DNA from: Chloroflexota bacterium
GTDB lineage: Bacteria > Chloroflexota > UBA6077 > FW602-bin22
Assembly (NCBI GenBank): GCA_004297775.1
Contig: SCUE01000028.1
Coordinates: 64,704-128,703 of the forward strand
Direction: 5' to 3'
Length of the DNA stretch: 64,000 bases
Positions 1-9,829 of this stretch are shown one piece after another (positions within the stretch are counted from its first letter, which is position 1; each line of letters starts with the position of its first letter). The notes beneath the pieces are model-generated. The model was not told where the DNA came from. It saw only the letters and a program-made list of their open reading frames with translations, and searched no databases. Made by a program: the position numbers and the translations under genes.

Positions 1-525
1 ACCGACCTCGTCTTCGACGGCAAGCGTGGGTGGTACGCCGAGGACGAAGAACCAGCCCCGGTCATCGCCTACGGCGCATGGAAGGCGACGCTCGAACGAG
101 AGGTCCTGACCGCCGCCGGCATCGTCGCTCGCACCTCGCTCGTCTGGGGCATCGACCCGATCTCGGCAACGATCGAGAGTATGATCCTGGCGCCGCTTCG
201 CCGAGGCGAGCCGCCACGCCTGTTCGCCGACGAATGGCGAACCCCGACCGAGGTGCGCGACCTGGCGCACGCGCTCTGGTTGGCGGCCGAACTGAAGGGA
301 CCGCGGATCCTGCACATGGCCGGCCCGGAACGTCTCAGTCGACTCGAGCAGGGACAGGTGATCGCGCGCGCCTTCGGGTTCGACCCCGACTCGATACCAG
401 CGTCCTACCGGGCCGAGGTCGCGCCCGACCGCCCGGCCGATACCTCACTCCTGGCGACGCGAATCACGACGGACGTGCTGCGGTACCGCTTTCGCGGTCC
501 AAGCGAGATCCTCGCAAGATCGTAG
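1..525 (+). CDS. NAD(P)-dependent sugar-nucleotide reductase/epimerase, C-terminal part (RmlD / dTDP-4-dehydrorhamnose reductase-like); 5' end outside window
   Basis: Frame 1 is open from base 1 to TAG 523-525. Translation TDLVFDGKRGWYAEDEEPAPVIAYGAWKATLEREV...FADEWRTPTEVRDLAHALWLAAE...LHMAGPERLSRLEQGQ resembles the substrate-binding half of RmlD-type enzymes. Confidence 0.55.
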   Translation, partial: TDLVFDGKRGWYAEDEEPAPVIAYGAWKATLEREVLTAAGIVARTSLVWGIDPISATIESMILAPLRRGEPPRLFADEWRTPTEVRDLAHALWLAAELKGPRILHMAGPERLSRLEQGQVIARAFGFDPDSIPASYRAEVAPDRPADTSLLATRITTDVLRYRFRGPSEILARS

Positions 526-688
526 TCGAGCGCGTGACGGGTCCCGCCGAATGCACTGGCGCTGATATCCCGCGACACGCGAATGAGCTCCGACGCTTGG
601 CCATTGATTCATGTTGGTATAGTCCCCGTCTTACTAGTTCGACTATCGGCATTTCTGGGAGGAATCGGGCGTTGAGGGGAGGACATCG

Positions 689-1153
689 TTGACCGAGACT
701 ACGGCCCCAGGCCTGTATCTTCTGTGTCGCGTGCGCGGCGCCCTCTGTGCCCTGCCTCTCGAACACGTCGTCGAGACGATGCGCCCACTTCCCGTCGAAC
801 CGCTGGCCGGAACCCCTCCGTTCGTGCGCGGCGTCTCAATCATTCGTGGAGTGCCGCTGCCAGTCGTCGACGCCGCGCTGCTCGTGAACGCGCAACACGA
901 CGATCCAGCGCGATTCGTGACGCTCCGCGTGGGAGGACGTCAGGTGGCGCTCGCGGTGAACGAGGTTGTTGGCGTGCGCGCCATCAAGCCGGAAGGATTT
1001 CACGACCTGCCGCCGCTCCTGCGTGAAGTAGCGGCGGATGTCATCACCTCGATCGGGGCGCTCGACCATGAGCTGCTGCTTACCCTGCAAAGCGCGCGGC
1101 TCGTCCCCGATTCCGTGTGGGCGACCGTGGAGGCCGTGGGCTCCGCGTCGTGA
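689..1153 (+). CDS. cheW: CheW-like chemotaxis coupling protein
   Basis: 154 aa, single CheW-like domain (LLCRVRGALCALPLEHVVETMRPLPVEP...PPFVRGVSIIRGVPLPVVDAALLV). First gene of a co-directional che operon. Confidence 0.85.
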   Translation: MTETTAPGLYLLCRVRGALCALPLEHVVETMRPLPVEPLAGTPPFVRGVSIIRGVPLPVVDAALLVNAQHDDPARFVTLRVGGRQVALAVNEVVGVRAIKPEGFHDLPPLLREVAADVITSIGALDHELLLTLQSARLVPDSVWATVEAVGSAS

Positions 1154-2679
1154 CGGTCGTGATCGGGACCGACGACGTGGCGCGCTTCCGCGCCGCGGTC
1201 GGTCGGCGCCTCGGACTACATTTCGACGACGGCAAGCTCGTATTCCTGGCTGATACATTGCGGCAGCGTCTTGACGCCACCGGTCGCGGATGCGAGGCCT
1301 ACGTCGGGAGCATCGAAGCAGGGCTCGCCACGGACGAGATCGGTATTCTCGCGCGGGACCTGACGGTCTCTGAGACCTACTTCTTCCGCAACATCGAACA
1401 ATTCCGCGCCACCGCGGAAGTGGCTCTGCCGGAGCGAATTGCGGCCCGACAGGGGCAGAAGCGGCTCCGCCTCCTGTCGGCCGGGTGCGCCTCGGGAGAT
1501 GAGGCCTACTCCCTCGGAATCGTCGTCACCGAGTCCGCGATCGACGCGTCGTGGGACGTGTCGATCAGGGCCGTGGACGTGAATCCGTCGATGCTTGAGA
1601 AGGCGGTGCGCGCCCAATACTCGACGTGGGCGCTACGGGAAACATCCGCCGAGGTCCAGAGGCGATGGTTTCGCCCGGAGGGACGGGACGTCCTTCTCGC
1701 GGAGGAAGCCCGAATGCGCGTCCGGTTCGAGGAGCGAAACCTGGCGCAGGATGACCCCGAGCTCTGGCCACCGGAGTCCTACGACATCGTGTTCTGTCGA
1801 AACGTGCTCATGTACCTCTTGCCGGAGACGGCGCAGCGGGTCATCGAGCGCATCACACGGTCCCTCGTGCCAGGTGGCTTTCTATTCCTCGGCCACGCGG
1901 AGACTCTGCGCGGACTCTCACAAAGCTTTCACCTACGCCACACGCACGGGACCTTTTACTACCAGCGCAAGGAGCGCGCGGAATTGCCTGGTTGTACCTA
2001 CGCGCAAGCACCATCAGAATCGACGTCGGAGACTTCGCCGCTGGTCGCTGCCGTGGACGGAGCCGACGGCTGGATCGATGCCATTCGGCGCGCCTCCGAG
2101 CGAATCGAATCTCTGGCACGCACTCCGATCGGAGCCCAGGTACGGCGAGAGGTATCGCCGATCGATCAGCCGCCGCGATGGGATCTGGGGAAGGCTCTGG
2201 AACTTCTGAAGAATGAGCGCTTTGCCGCCGCGCTCGATGTCGTGCAGGCCTTCCCAGCGGAGGCGGCAATCGATCCTGAGGTCCTGCTCCTGCGCGCCGT
2301 GCTCCTGACACACGGCGGCAGCTTCGCCGTCGCCGAGGACACGTGCCGACGCCTCCTGGCGATCGATGAGTTGAACGCGGGAGCTCACTACCTGATGGCA
2401 CTCTGTCGCGAAGCGGAGGGCGACCGCGAGGGCGCCGCCGAGCACGACCAGGCTGCCGCCTACCTCGACCCCGCGTTTGCGATGCCTCGCCTCCATCTCG
2501 GTCTGCTTGCTCGCCGACATGGCGATCGCAAGACGGCCCTCCAAGAGCTCGATCAGGCCCTACTCCTGCTGCAACGCGAGGACGCGCCGCGACTCCTGCT
2601 CTTCGGTGGCGGTTTCGGCCGCGAAACGCTGATCGACCTCTGCCGCGCCGAGATCGTCGCGTGTGGGGGTCAGCCGTGA
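1150..2679 (+). CDS. cheR: CheR-type protein-glutamate O-methyltransferase with C-terminal TPR region (WspC-like)
   Basis: SAM-binding motif RLLSAGCASGDEAYSLGIVV. The C-terminal third is TPR-like (ELLKNERFAAALDVVQ...AHYLMALCREAEGDREGAAEHDQAAAYLDP). GTG 1150 overlaps the cheW TGA (GTGA). The track ORF begins at an upstream GTG at 1117, so the start is uncertain. Confidence 0.85.
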   Translation: MTVVIGTDDVARFRAAVGRRLGLHFDDGKLVFLADTLRQRLDATGRGCEAYVGSIEAGLATDEIGILARDLTVSETYFFRNIEQFRATAEVALPERIAARQGQKRLRLLSAGCASGDEAYSLGIVVTESAIDASWDVSIRAVDVNPSMLEKAVRAQYSTWALRETSAEVQRRWFRPEGRDVLLAEEARMRVRFEERNLAQDDPELWPPESYDIVFCRNVLMYLLPETAQRVIERITRSLVPGGFLFLGHAETLRGLSQSFHLRHTHGTFYYQRKERAELPGCTYAQAPSESTSETSPLVAAVDGADGWIDAIRRASERIESLARTPIGAQVRREVSPIDQPPRWDLGKALELLKNERFAAALDVVQAFPAEAAIDPEVLLLRAVLLTHGGSFAVAEDTCRRLLAIDELNAGAHYLMALCREAEGDREGAAEHDQAAAYLDPAFAMPRLHLGLLARRHGDRKTALQELDQALLLLQREDAPRLLLFGGGFGRETLIDLCRAEIVACGGQP

Positions 2680-3209
2680 TCGGCGACCTGACGTCGGACA
2701 CGGCGACTGAGTTGCGGCGGGCCTTCGATCGGTCGTTCGCCAAGGCGCCGCGCGAGCGGGTTGCGCAATTCGAGGATCTCCTCGCGATTCGCATCGCCGG
2801 CGACCCCTTCGCGCTGCGCCTCAACGAGCTTTCGGGACTCTCGACCGGGCAACCGGTCACACCGGTGCCGACGGCCGCGGCCGGCTTGCTCGGCATCGCG
2901 GGCTTCCGAGGAACGCTCGTGCCAGTCTACGATCTGCGGATTCTCCTGGGATATCCAGCAACAGAAGCGTCTCTGTGGCTTGGTCTGGTCGGCAAGGATC
3001 TCCTGACCGGCCTCGCCTTCGATGGCTTCGACGGGTTTCTCCGCGTGCCCCGCGACGCTGTCGCTCGAAAGGAAACGGTATCGGCCACAGCCCTCGTGCA
3101 CGAGGTAGTCCAGACGCGTGACTCGGTTTGGCCGCTGGTACACCTACCGTCCGTCGTCGAGGAAATCACGAAGCGAGTCCGGCACAGCACCTTGGAAAGG
3201 GAGAGATAA
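2676..3209 (+). CDS. cheW: second CheW-like coupling protein (WspD-like position)
   Basis: CheW-like domain ([21 protein letters not shown]...[20 protein letters not shown]). GTG 2676 overlaps the cheR TGA (GTGA). An alternative GTG lies at 2661. Confidence 0.75.
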   Translation: MIGDLTSDTATELRRAFDRSFAKAPRERVAQFEDLLAIRIAGDPFALRLNELSGLSTGQPVTPVPTAAAGLLGIAGFRGTLVPVYDLRILLGYPATEASLWLGLVGKDLLTGLAFDGFDGFLRVPRDAVARKETVSATALVHEVVQTRDSVWPLVHLPSVVEEITKRVRHSTLERER

Positions 3210-3213
3210 CCCA

Positions 3214-4686
3214 ATGTCACGTCACTTGACTTTCAGTCAGAAACTGGGCGCCGGCTTCGCGCTGACGGTCGTGCTCGCGATCATCATGGGATTTGTGGCC
3301 ATCGCGTCCCTCCGCGCCGTCGTCGACGCGAAAGACCGTGTCATCACCGTCTACGGTGAAAACCTTACCGATGCTGAAAAACTTGCGCTGGCGAGATCCG
3401 ATGAAGCGGTCGCGTTTCGCGGCTTCCTCATCGATAAGGCGGAACGCCATCTCGGCGACTTGCGTGATGGCCGCGAGGAGGGCCAGGCGGCGATCGACCG
3501 ACTGCGCGCCCGCGTCACGTCCGACGAAGAGCGGAGCATTCTCACGCGCGTGGAGCGTCGCCTGGCCGACCATCGCGTGGCGGTCGATCGCGTGGTCGCG
3601 CTCCGCAAGACAGACCCGACAAATGACGTCGTCGTCCGCGCCTTCAGCGAGAGCTTGGAGACGGGACGGGCGGCACTATTACAGGAGATTGACGCCTTCA
3701 CCGCTCTCGAGCTCAAGCTCCGCGACGAGGTCAAGCAGGCGTCGACGGATGCCGCCGCGTCGGCCATCACGCTCGTCGTCGTCTTCGCGATCGCCATCAC
3801 GCTCCTTTCCGCAATTGTGGCGTTCATCCTCACCCGTACGCTCGGACGCCAGATCGGTACGGCCGTGGGACAGGTCCAGAGCTCCTCGACGGAACTTCAG
3901 GCGGCCGCCAGTCAGCAGGCCACCGGCACCAGGGAACAGTCCACTGCGATGAACGAGATCACGACCACGATCAGCGAGCTCTTGGCAACGTCGCGGCAAA
4001 TTGCCGAGAGCGCGCAACGAGTAGCCCAGATCGCCAATCAGACGGCGACGTCGGCCAGATCCGGGGATGGAACCGTTCAGAAAGCGAACGAGTCGATCGC
4101 GGCGATTCGTCACCAGGTCGACCTGATCGTGAGCCACATGTTGGTTCTCGGGAAGAACTCGCAGCAGATCGGCGCGGTTCTCGATATCGTCTCGGAGCTC
4201 GCCGAGCAAACGAACATACTGGCGATCAACGCCACAATCGAGGCGGCGGGCGCCGGTGACGCTGGCAAACGATTCGCCGTCGTTGCCGACGAAATTCGGA
4301 AGCTTGCCGATCGCGTTGCGGCCTCGACCAAAGACATCCGCGGACTGATCGAGGATGTCCGCGGCGCGGTCAACACGACCGTCATGACCACGGAAACGGG
4401 ATCGAAGGCCGTGGACGCCGGATCGCGCCAGTTCGCCGAGGTTGCATCGTCCTTCAAGCAGATCGCCGAGCTCGTGGTCACGACCACCGAAGCGGCGCGC
4501 GAGATCGAGCTGTCAACCAAGCAGCAGACCACCGCCGTGGAGCAGGTGAACGTGGCGATCGCCAATGTTGCGCAAGCCACCAAGGAAAGCGAGGTCAGTT
4601 CGAGTCAGACGCTCCAGACCGCGTCGCAACTTGCCACTCTGTCAAGGGATCTCCTGCGTCTCGTGCACCCGCGACCGAGCGCGTAG
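3214..4686 (+). CDS. methyl-accepting chemotaxis protein (N-terminal TM, periplasmic helical sensor, second TM/HAMP, MA signalling domain)
   Basis: ATG 3214 is preceded by GGAAAGGGAGAG. TM helix [22 protein letters not shown]. Conserved signalling hairpin [37 protein letters not shown]. Confidence 0.9.
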   Translation: MSRHLTFSQKLGAGFALTVVLAIIMGFVAIASLRAVVDAKDRVITVYGENLTDAEKLALARSDEAVAFRGFLIDKAERHLGDLRDGREEGQAAIDRLRARVTSDEERSILTRVERRLADHRVAVDRVVALRKTDPTNDVVVRAFSESLETGRAALLQEIDAFTALELKLRDEVKQASTDAAASAITLVVVFAIAITLLSAIVAFILTRTLGRQIGTAVGQVQSSSTELQAAASQQATGTREQSTAMNEITTTISELLATSRQIAESAQRVAQIANQTATSARSGDGTVQKANESIAAIRHQVDLIVSHMLVLGKNSQQIGAVLDIVSELAEQTNILAINATIEAAGAGDAGKRFAVVADEIRKLADRVAASTKDIRGLIEDVRGAVNTTVMTTETGSKAVDAGSRQFAEVASSFKQIAELVVTTTEAAREIELSTKQQTTAVEQVNVAIANVAQATKESEVSSSQTLQTASQLATLSRDLLRLVHPRPSA

Positions 4687-4688
4687 AC

Positions 4689-6740
4689 ATGCCAAGCGAT
4701 CCATATCGGTACTTTCGCATCGAGGCGCGCGAACTCCTGGATCAGCTCGGTAGGGGCGTCATGGACCTCGAGAAGGCGCCCGCGCCAGATGTGGTAGCGA
4801 AGCTTCTCCGCCTTGCCCACACCCTCAAGGGCGCCGCGCGCGTCGTCAAGCAGCGCGAGATCGCCGATCAGTCGCACGCCATCGAAGGCGCGCTCGCGCC
4901 GCACCGCGACTCGTCGGCGCCCGTCCCACCGGAGATCATCGATGCCGTGTTGCGTCACGTCGACGCCATCGGGACGGGCGTCTCGGCGCTGGCTTCGCCT
5001 GATGCTCCCGGCGGCGCTTCGCCGCACAGCGCCACTGAAGAAATCTTTCGCACGGCTTGGGCCGATGTCGCCGACGTGGACGACCTGATCAACGGATTGG
5101 CTGAGGCGCACTCCCAGGTGGCATCGCTCCGTCGAAGCCTTCCAGCCACCGAGCGCGCGCGTCACCTCGTCGATCTCCTGGCAGAGGTCCTGGCGCCGGC
5201 GCGCGCCCTGGCGCCGGTGATGGTCGGCCGCGGCGCCGCCAACGGGAACATTCACGCAATGGTCGAGGAGCTCGGGGAACTCTTTGGCTCGATCGAGCGA
5301 GCCCTTGCCCTCGGCGTCGATCAAGTCGACCGCGAGATGGGGCAGGTGCGCGAGTCTGCCGAGCGGTTGCGGCTCGTCCCGGCCGGAGTGCTTTTCACAA
5401 TGCTTGAGCGCACGGTCAGGGATGCTGCCCAGATGCTGGCCAAGAACGTGGACTTCGAGGGACGCGGTGGGTCAGTGCGCCTCGAAGCGCACGTGCTCGC
5501 CACGATTCGGTCGGCTCTACTTCAGGTCGTCGGCAACGCTGTCGCCCACGGCATTGAGTCCGAAGCTGAGCGCAGGACCGCGGGCAAAGCACCCAGGGGA
5601 CGCATCGTACTCGAGGTCGCGCGCCGCGGCCGCCGCGTGATATTCAGTTGTCGCGACGATGGCAGAGGCGTAGACCTCGAGGCGGTGCGGCGAGTGGCCC
5701 AGCGGCGTGGGTTCCCGCAAGCCGAGGCGCAGAGGCTGGGCGCCGAGGAGCTTCTACGCCTCCTCCTGAAGGGGGGTATCAGCACCTCCGCCGCGCTGAC
5801 AGAGGTCTCGGGTCGAGGGATTGGCCTCGACATCGCGCGCGAAGCAGTCGAGCGACTGGGCGGAGAGGTCAACGTTCGGACCGAAGCCGGAACTGGCACG
5901 ACGATCGACCTCGTCGTGCCCCTTTCGATCGCGTCCTTCGAGGGACTGCTCGTCGAAGCCGAGGGCTTCGTGGCGACGATCCCCCTCGATGCGGTGCGAC
6001 GCACCGTACGCCTCGGACCGAACGACGTGGCGCAGTCCCCGTTGGGTGTGTCGATGGTTCACGAAGGTAGGACGCTCCCCTTTCTGCCACTCGCCCGCGC
6101 GTTGACCGGCCGGGCGTCGCGCTCTCGCGAGACCCGGGCGTGCACCGCCGTGATTGTCGAAGGCAGAGCGGGACTCGCCGCCATCGGGGTTGAACGGCTG
6201 CTCGGGACGGTGAATGTCGTCCTGCGGGCGCTGCCCGGACTCGCGCCAGCCACGGCCATCGTCGCTGGCGCGTCGCTCGATACTGTGGGCAATCCTCAGC
6301 TCGTGCTCGATCCCGATGGGTTGGTCGCTGAGGCACAACGCGCCGGTCGCGCCATGTTCGAGCCGGAGGTGTCGCGAACGCCCGTACTCGTGATCGATGA
6401 CTCGCTGACGACCCGCATGCTTGAGCAAAGCATCCTCGAGTCGGCGGGATACGACGTGGACGCCGCCACCTCGGGTGAGGAGGCTCTCGAGAAAGCTCGC
6501 GCGAAGCGCTACTCGCTGTTCCTCGTCGACATCGAAATGCCCGGAATGGACGGGTTCACCTTCATCGAGCGAACACGGGCGGACTCCTCACTGCGGGACG
6601 TGCCTTCAATTCTGGTGTCGTCGCGAGCCTCGCCCGAGGACCGCCGCCGCGGCGAGCAAGTCGGCGCCGTGGCTTACATCGTCAAGAGCGAGTTCGATCA
6701 GGCCGCTCTGCTCGACCGCATTCGAAGACTGGTGGCCTGA
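4689..6740 (+). CDS. cheA: CheA histidine kinase with fused C-terminal receiver domain (WspE-like hybrid CheA)
   Basis: Hpt site LLRLAHTLKGAARVV. HATPase region (GRGIGLDIAREAVERLGGEV). CheW-like P5 domain. C-terminal REC (PVLVIDDSLTTR...LFLVDIEMPGMDG...YIVKSEFD). Confidence 0.9.
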   Translation: MPSDPYRYFRIEARELLDQLGRGVMDLEKAPAPDVVAKLLRLAHTLKGAARVVKQREIADQSHAIEGALAPHRDSSAPVPPEIIDAVLRHVDAIGTGVSALASPDAPGGASPHSATEEIFRTAWADVADVDDLINGLAEAHSQVASLRRSLPATERARHLVDLLAEVLAPARALAPVMVGRGAANGNIHAMVEELGELFGSIERALALGVDQVDREMGQVRESAERLRLVPAGVLFTMLERTVRDAAQMLAKNVDFEGRGGSVRLEAHVLATIRSALLQVVGNAVAHGIESEAERRTAGKAPRGRIVLEVARRGRRVIFSCRDDGRGVDLEAVRRVAQRRGFPQAEAQRLGAEELLRLLLKGGISTSAALTEVSGRGIGLDIAREAVERLGGEVNVRTEAGTGTTIDLVVPLSIASFEGLLVEAEGFVATIPLDAVRRTVRLGPNDVAQSPLGVSMVHEGRTLPFLPLARALTGRASRSRETRACTAVIVEGRAGLAAIGVERLLGTVNVVLRALPGLAPATAIVAGASLDTVGNPQLVLDPDGLVAEAQRAGRAMFEPEVSRTPVLVIDDSLTTRMLEQSILESAGYDVDAATSGEEALEKARAKRYSLFLVDIEMPGMDGFTFIERTRADSSLRDVPSILVSSRASPEDRRRGEQVGAVAYIVKSEFDQAALLDRIRRLVA

Positions 6741-6743
6741 CCG

Positions 6744-7811
6744 ATGCCAACGATCCGCGTGCTCGTCGTCGAAGACTCCATCACGGTCCGAAAGCGCATG
6801 TGCGAGGTGTTCTCCGCGGACCCGGACATCATCGTCATGGCCGAAGCCCAGGATGGAAAGCGCGCCATCGAACTGTGCCGAGAGCTTCGACCCGACGTCG
6901 TGACGATGGACATGATGCTGCCGGTTATGACCGGTCTCGCGGCCACCGAATACATCATGGCTCACTGTCCGACACCGATTCTCGTCGTGTCTTCGTCCTT
7001 GAATCGCGGCGAGCTTTTCAGGACCTACGAGGCGCTTGCGGCCGGGGCGGTCGATGTGTTGGAGAAACCGGACGCGGACGACAGCGATGGCGAGTGGGAG
7101 GGAAGGCTCGTGTCGGCCGTGAAGATGCTTTCGCGCATCAAGGTCATCACCCACCCGCGTGCCCGGCTCAGAGCGTTCGAACAACCACACGGCTATCACG
7201 CGACAGGCGAAGTGCACCAAATGCCCGCGGGACGCCGCTGCCAGATCATTGCGATCGGGGCATCTACCGGCGGACCGGCCGCGATCGTGGAGATCTTGCG
7301 GGCTCTGCCCGACGAACTCCGCATCCCCATTCTGCTCGTGCTTCATATCAGCGAGCCCTTCGGCGCGGCTTTCGCCGACTGGCTGGATGGTCAGACGAAG
7401 CATCGTGTCTCGTATGCCAGAGACGGAGAGTCTGTCTCGTCCGCCGCCGGCCGGGTCATTATGGCGCCTCCCGACCGGCATTTGGTTGTCGAGGCGGGTC
7501 GCCTGCGGCTGACTCAGGATCCAGAGCGCTACTCCTGCCGGCCGTCTGTTGACGTCTTGTTCGAGTCGGTGGCGCGTGAGTTCGGGGCGACCGCGACCGC
7601 GTGCCTACTGACCGGTATGGGACGGGACGGCGCGTCCGGCCTCCTGGCGCTTCGCACAGCCGACGCAATCACGATCGCACAGGACGAGGCGACATGCATC
7701 GTGTACGGCATGCCGAGGGAGGCAGTTCTGCTCGGCGCGGCCCAGCGCGTATTGCCGCTGGGAGAGATCGGTCCAACGCTGGCGTCACTCGCCGGGGTGT
7801 CCCCTCCGTGA
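6744..7811 (+). CDS. cheB: CheB protein-glutamate methylesterase (REC + esterase)
   Basis: REC (IRVLVVEDSITVR...VVTMDMMLPVMTG). Methylesterase domain (IIAIGASTGGPAAI..., LLTGMGRDGA, IAQDEATCIVYGMPREA). Confidence 0.9.
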   Translation: MPTIRVLVVEDSITVRKRMCEVFSADPDIIVMAEAQDGKRAIELCRELRPDVVTMDMMLPVMTGLAATEYIMAHCPTPILVVSSSLNRGELFRTYEALAAGAVDVLEKPDADDSDGEWEGRLVSAVKMLSRIKVITHPRARLRAFEQPHGYHATGEVHQMPAGRRCQIIAIGASTGGPAAIVEILRALPDELRIPILLVLHISEPFGAAFADWLDGQTKHRVSYARDGESVSSAAGRVIMAPPDRHLVVEAGRLRLTQDPERYSCRPSVDVLFESVAREFGATATACLLTGMGRDGASGLLALRTADAITIAQDEATCIVYGMPREAVLLGAAQRVLPLGEIGPTLASLAGVSPP

Positions 7812-9790
7812 CTGAGACAGTCCTCATCGTCGACGATAGCTTGACGGTCCGCATGGATCTTGTGGAAGCCTTCGAGGAAGCGGGCTTCCAAACCCGACCG
7901 TGCGCGACCGTGGCGGAGGCGAGGCAGGCGCTTGTCGATGGCGAATTCGGGGTTGTGGTCCTCGACGTTTTGCTGCCGGACGGCCACGGCGTAGAGCTTC
8001 TGAGAGAGTTGCGCGCGTCTCCCGCGACATCAGCGGCCGCGATCCTGATGCTGTCGACCGAGGCGGAGGTCAGGGATCGGATTCGCGGGCTTCAGACCGG
8101 CGCGGACGAGTACGTGGGCAAGCCTTACGAGCGCGGATACCTCGTCGCGCGAGCGCGCGAACTCTCCCGCGCTCGGCGAGCGGATGGCGCCGAGGAACGT
8201 CCGACCATCCTGGTGATCGATGACAGCGCGACATTTCGCGAGGAACTCCGTCCGGCGCTCGAGGCGGCCGGGTACCGGGTGGCCACTGCTACCACGGGTG
8301 AGGACGGCCTTCGCATGGCCGCGGACAGGCTTCCGAGCGCCATCATCGTCGACAGTGTCCTACCTGGTGTGGATGGCGCGACCGTCATTCGCCATGTTCG
8401 CCTGGACGCCGCATTGCGCGGCGTTCCCTGCATTCTCCTCACGGCGTCCGAAGAACGGGGAACGGAGCTTCGTGCGCTTGACGCCGGGGCAGATACCTTC
8501 GTCCGTAAGGATGAGGACATGGATGTCATCCTTGCGCGCGTCGCCGCGATCTTGCGCCGGGCGCCGACTGCGATCCCAGGCGATACCACCGCGAGCCTAC
8601 TCGGACCAAAGCGCATTCTGGCCGTCGACGACAGCGTGACCTATCTGCAGGAGCTCGCGTCGACGCTACGGGACGATGGCTACGACGTCGTCTTGGCGCG
8701 TTCGGGCGAGGAGGCCCTCGATCTGCTCGCGGTACAACCGGTGGACTGCATCCTCCTCGATCTGATGATGCCCGGCTTGAGTGGACAGGAAACATGTCGG
8801 CGGATCAAGGCCGCGCCGATCGTCCGCGACGTACCCGTCATCATGCTGACCGCCCTCGAAGATCGGAGCGCCATGATCGATGGGCTCAGCGCGGGCGCCG
8901 ATGACTATGTCCCGAAGTCCGGCGAATTCGAGGTGCTGCGTGCGCGTGTCCGCGCACAGATTCGGCGAAAGCAGTTCGAGGAAGAGAACCGCCGCATCCG
9001 CGAGGAGTTGCTCCGCCGGGACTTCGAGATGGCCGAGGCCCGCGCGGCGCGTGAGCTTGCCGAGACACGGGTCGCCCTGGCGAGCGAGCTCGAGCGCAAG
9101 AACAAGGAACTCGAGGCCTTCAGCTACTCGGTCTCCCACGACCTCCGTGTCCCGCTCGGAAGCATCGACGGTTTCAGCCAGATCCTCCTTGAGGACTACG
9201 CCGACAAGCTTGATGCGGAGGGGCGGGAGTACCTGCGCCACATCCGAGGTTCCGCGCTGCGGATGGCGGAGCTCATCGACGATCTGCTGGAACTTGCGCG
9301 AGTCGGTCGAGCCGAACTGAGCCGTGGCCCGGTGGACCTCTCCACGTCTGCGCGCGCGATCGCGGATGGGTTCTTGCGCGTGGACCCCGAAAGAAAGGTC
9401 GTCTTCGACATCCCGGACAGTCTCATCGTCGATGCCGACGGTCGACTCATGCGCGTACTGCTCGAAAACCTGCTCGGGAATGCGTGGAAGTTCACCTCGA
9501 AGGTACCCGAAGCTCGAATCGAATTCGGTTTGATCGAGTGGGAGGGCTCGAAGACCTTCTTCATCCGCGACAATGGCGCCGGATTCGACATGACGTATGC
9601 GGCGAAGCTCTTCAACCCATTTCAGCGCCTCCACGGCGAGGACGAGTTTCCCGGCACGGGCATCGGACTTGCGACTGTTCAGCGCGTCGTCGATCGCCAT
9701 GGCGGGCGTGTTTGGGCCGAAGGCGCAGTTGGGCGCGGGGCGACGGTGTTCTTCACTGTTCCGTCAAACCGGTCCGCCAGCGGAAGGTGA
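7808..9790 (+). CDS. hybrid sensor histidine kinase with three N-terminal receiver domains (REC-REC-REC-coiled coil-HisKA-HATPase_c)
   Basis: GTG 7808 overlaps the cheB TGA (GTGA). Three REC acceptor contexts: VVVLDVLLPDGHG, AIIVDSVLPGVDG, CILLDLMMPGLSG. H-box FSYSVSHDLRVPL. N/G boxes LLGNAWKF and DNGAGFD...GTGIGLATV. The track ORF start at 7601 lies inside cheB and is unlikely. Confidence 0.85.
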   Translation: MTETVLIVDDSLTVRMDLVEAFEEAGFQTRPCATVAEARQALVDGEFGVVVLDVLLPDGHGVELLRELRASPATSAAAILMLSTEAEVRDRIRGLQTGADEYVGKPYERGYLVARARELSRARRADGAEERPTILVIDDSATFREELRPALEAAGYRVATATTGEDGLRMAADRLPSAIIVDSVLPGVDGATVIRHVRLDAALRGVPCILLTASEERGTELRALDAGADTFVRKDEDMDVILARVAAILRRAPTAIPGDTTASLLGPKRILAVDDSVTYLQELASTLRDDGYDVVLARSGEEALDLLAVQPVDCILLDLMMPGLSGQETCRRIKAAPIVRDVPVIMLTALEDRSAMIDGLSAGADDYVPKSGEFEVLRARVRAQIRRKQFEEENRRIREELLRRDFEMAEARAARELAETRVALASELERKNKELEAFSYSVSHDLRVPLGSIDGFSQILLEDYADKLDAEGREYLRHIRGSALRMAELIDDLLELARVGRAELSRGPVDLSTSARAIADGFLRVDPERKVVFDIPDSLIVDADGRLMRVLLENLLGNAWKFTSKVPEARIEFGLIEWEGSKTFFIRDNGAGFDMTYAAKLFNPFQRLHGEDEFPGTGIGLATVQRVVDRHGGRVWAEGAVGRGATVFFTVPSNRSASGR

Positions 9791-9829
9791 CGCGCGCCGT
9801 GCCGGGTCGGCGATCGCCGGCCAGGGTCC

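Noticed and set aside
1853-2896. 347-aa minus-strand ORF opposite cheR, and similar long ORFs elsewhere: 5522..6004-, 8125..8616-, 9911..11116+, 18126..19022-, 20735..21439+, 22362..23363+, 23081..24748-, 25989..26972+, 29120..30082+, 32931..33947+, 49369..50046+, 51066..51893+, 58073..58873+.
   Set aside because: Arg/Ala/Pro/Gly-rich low-complexity translations lying antisense to genes with clear family motifs. These are typical shadow ORFs of a high-GC genome.
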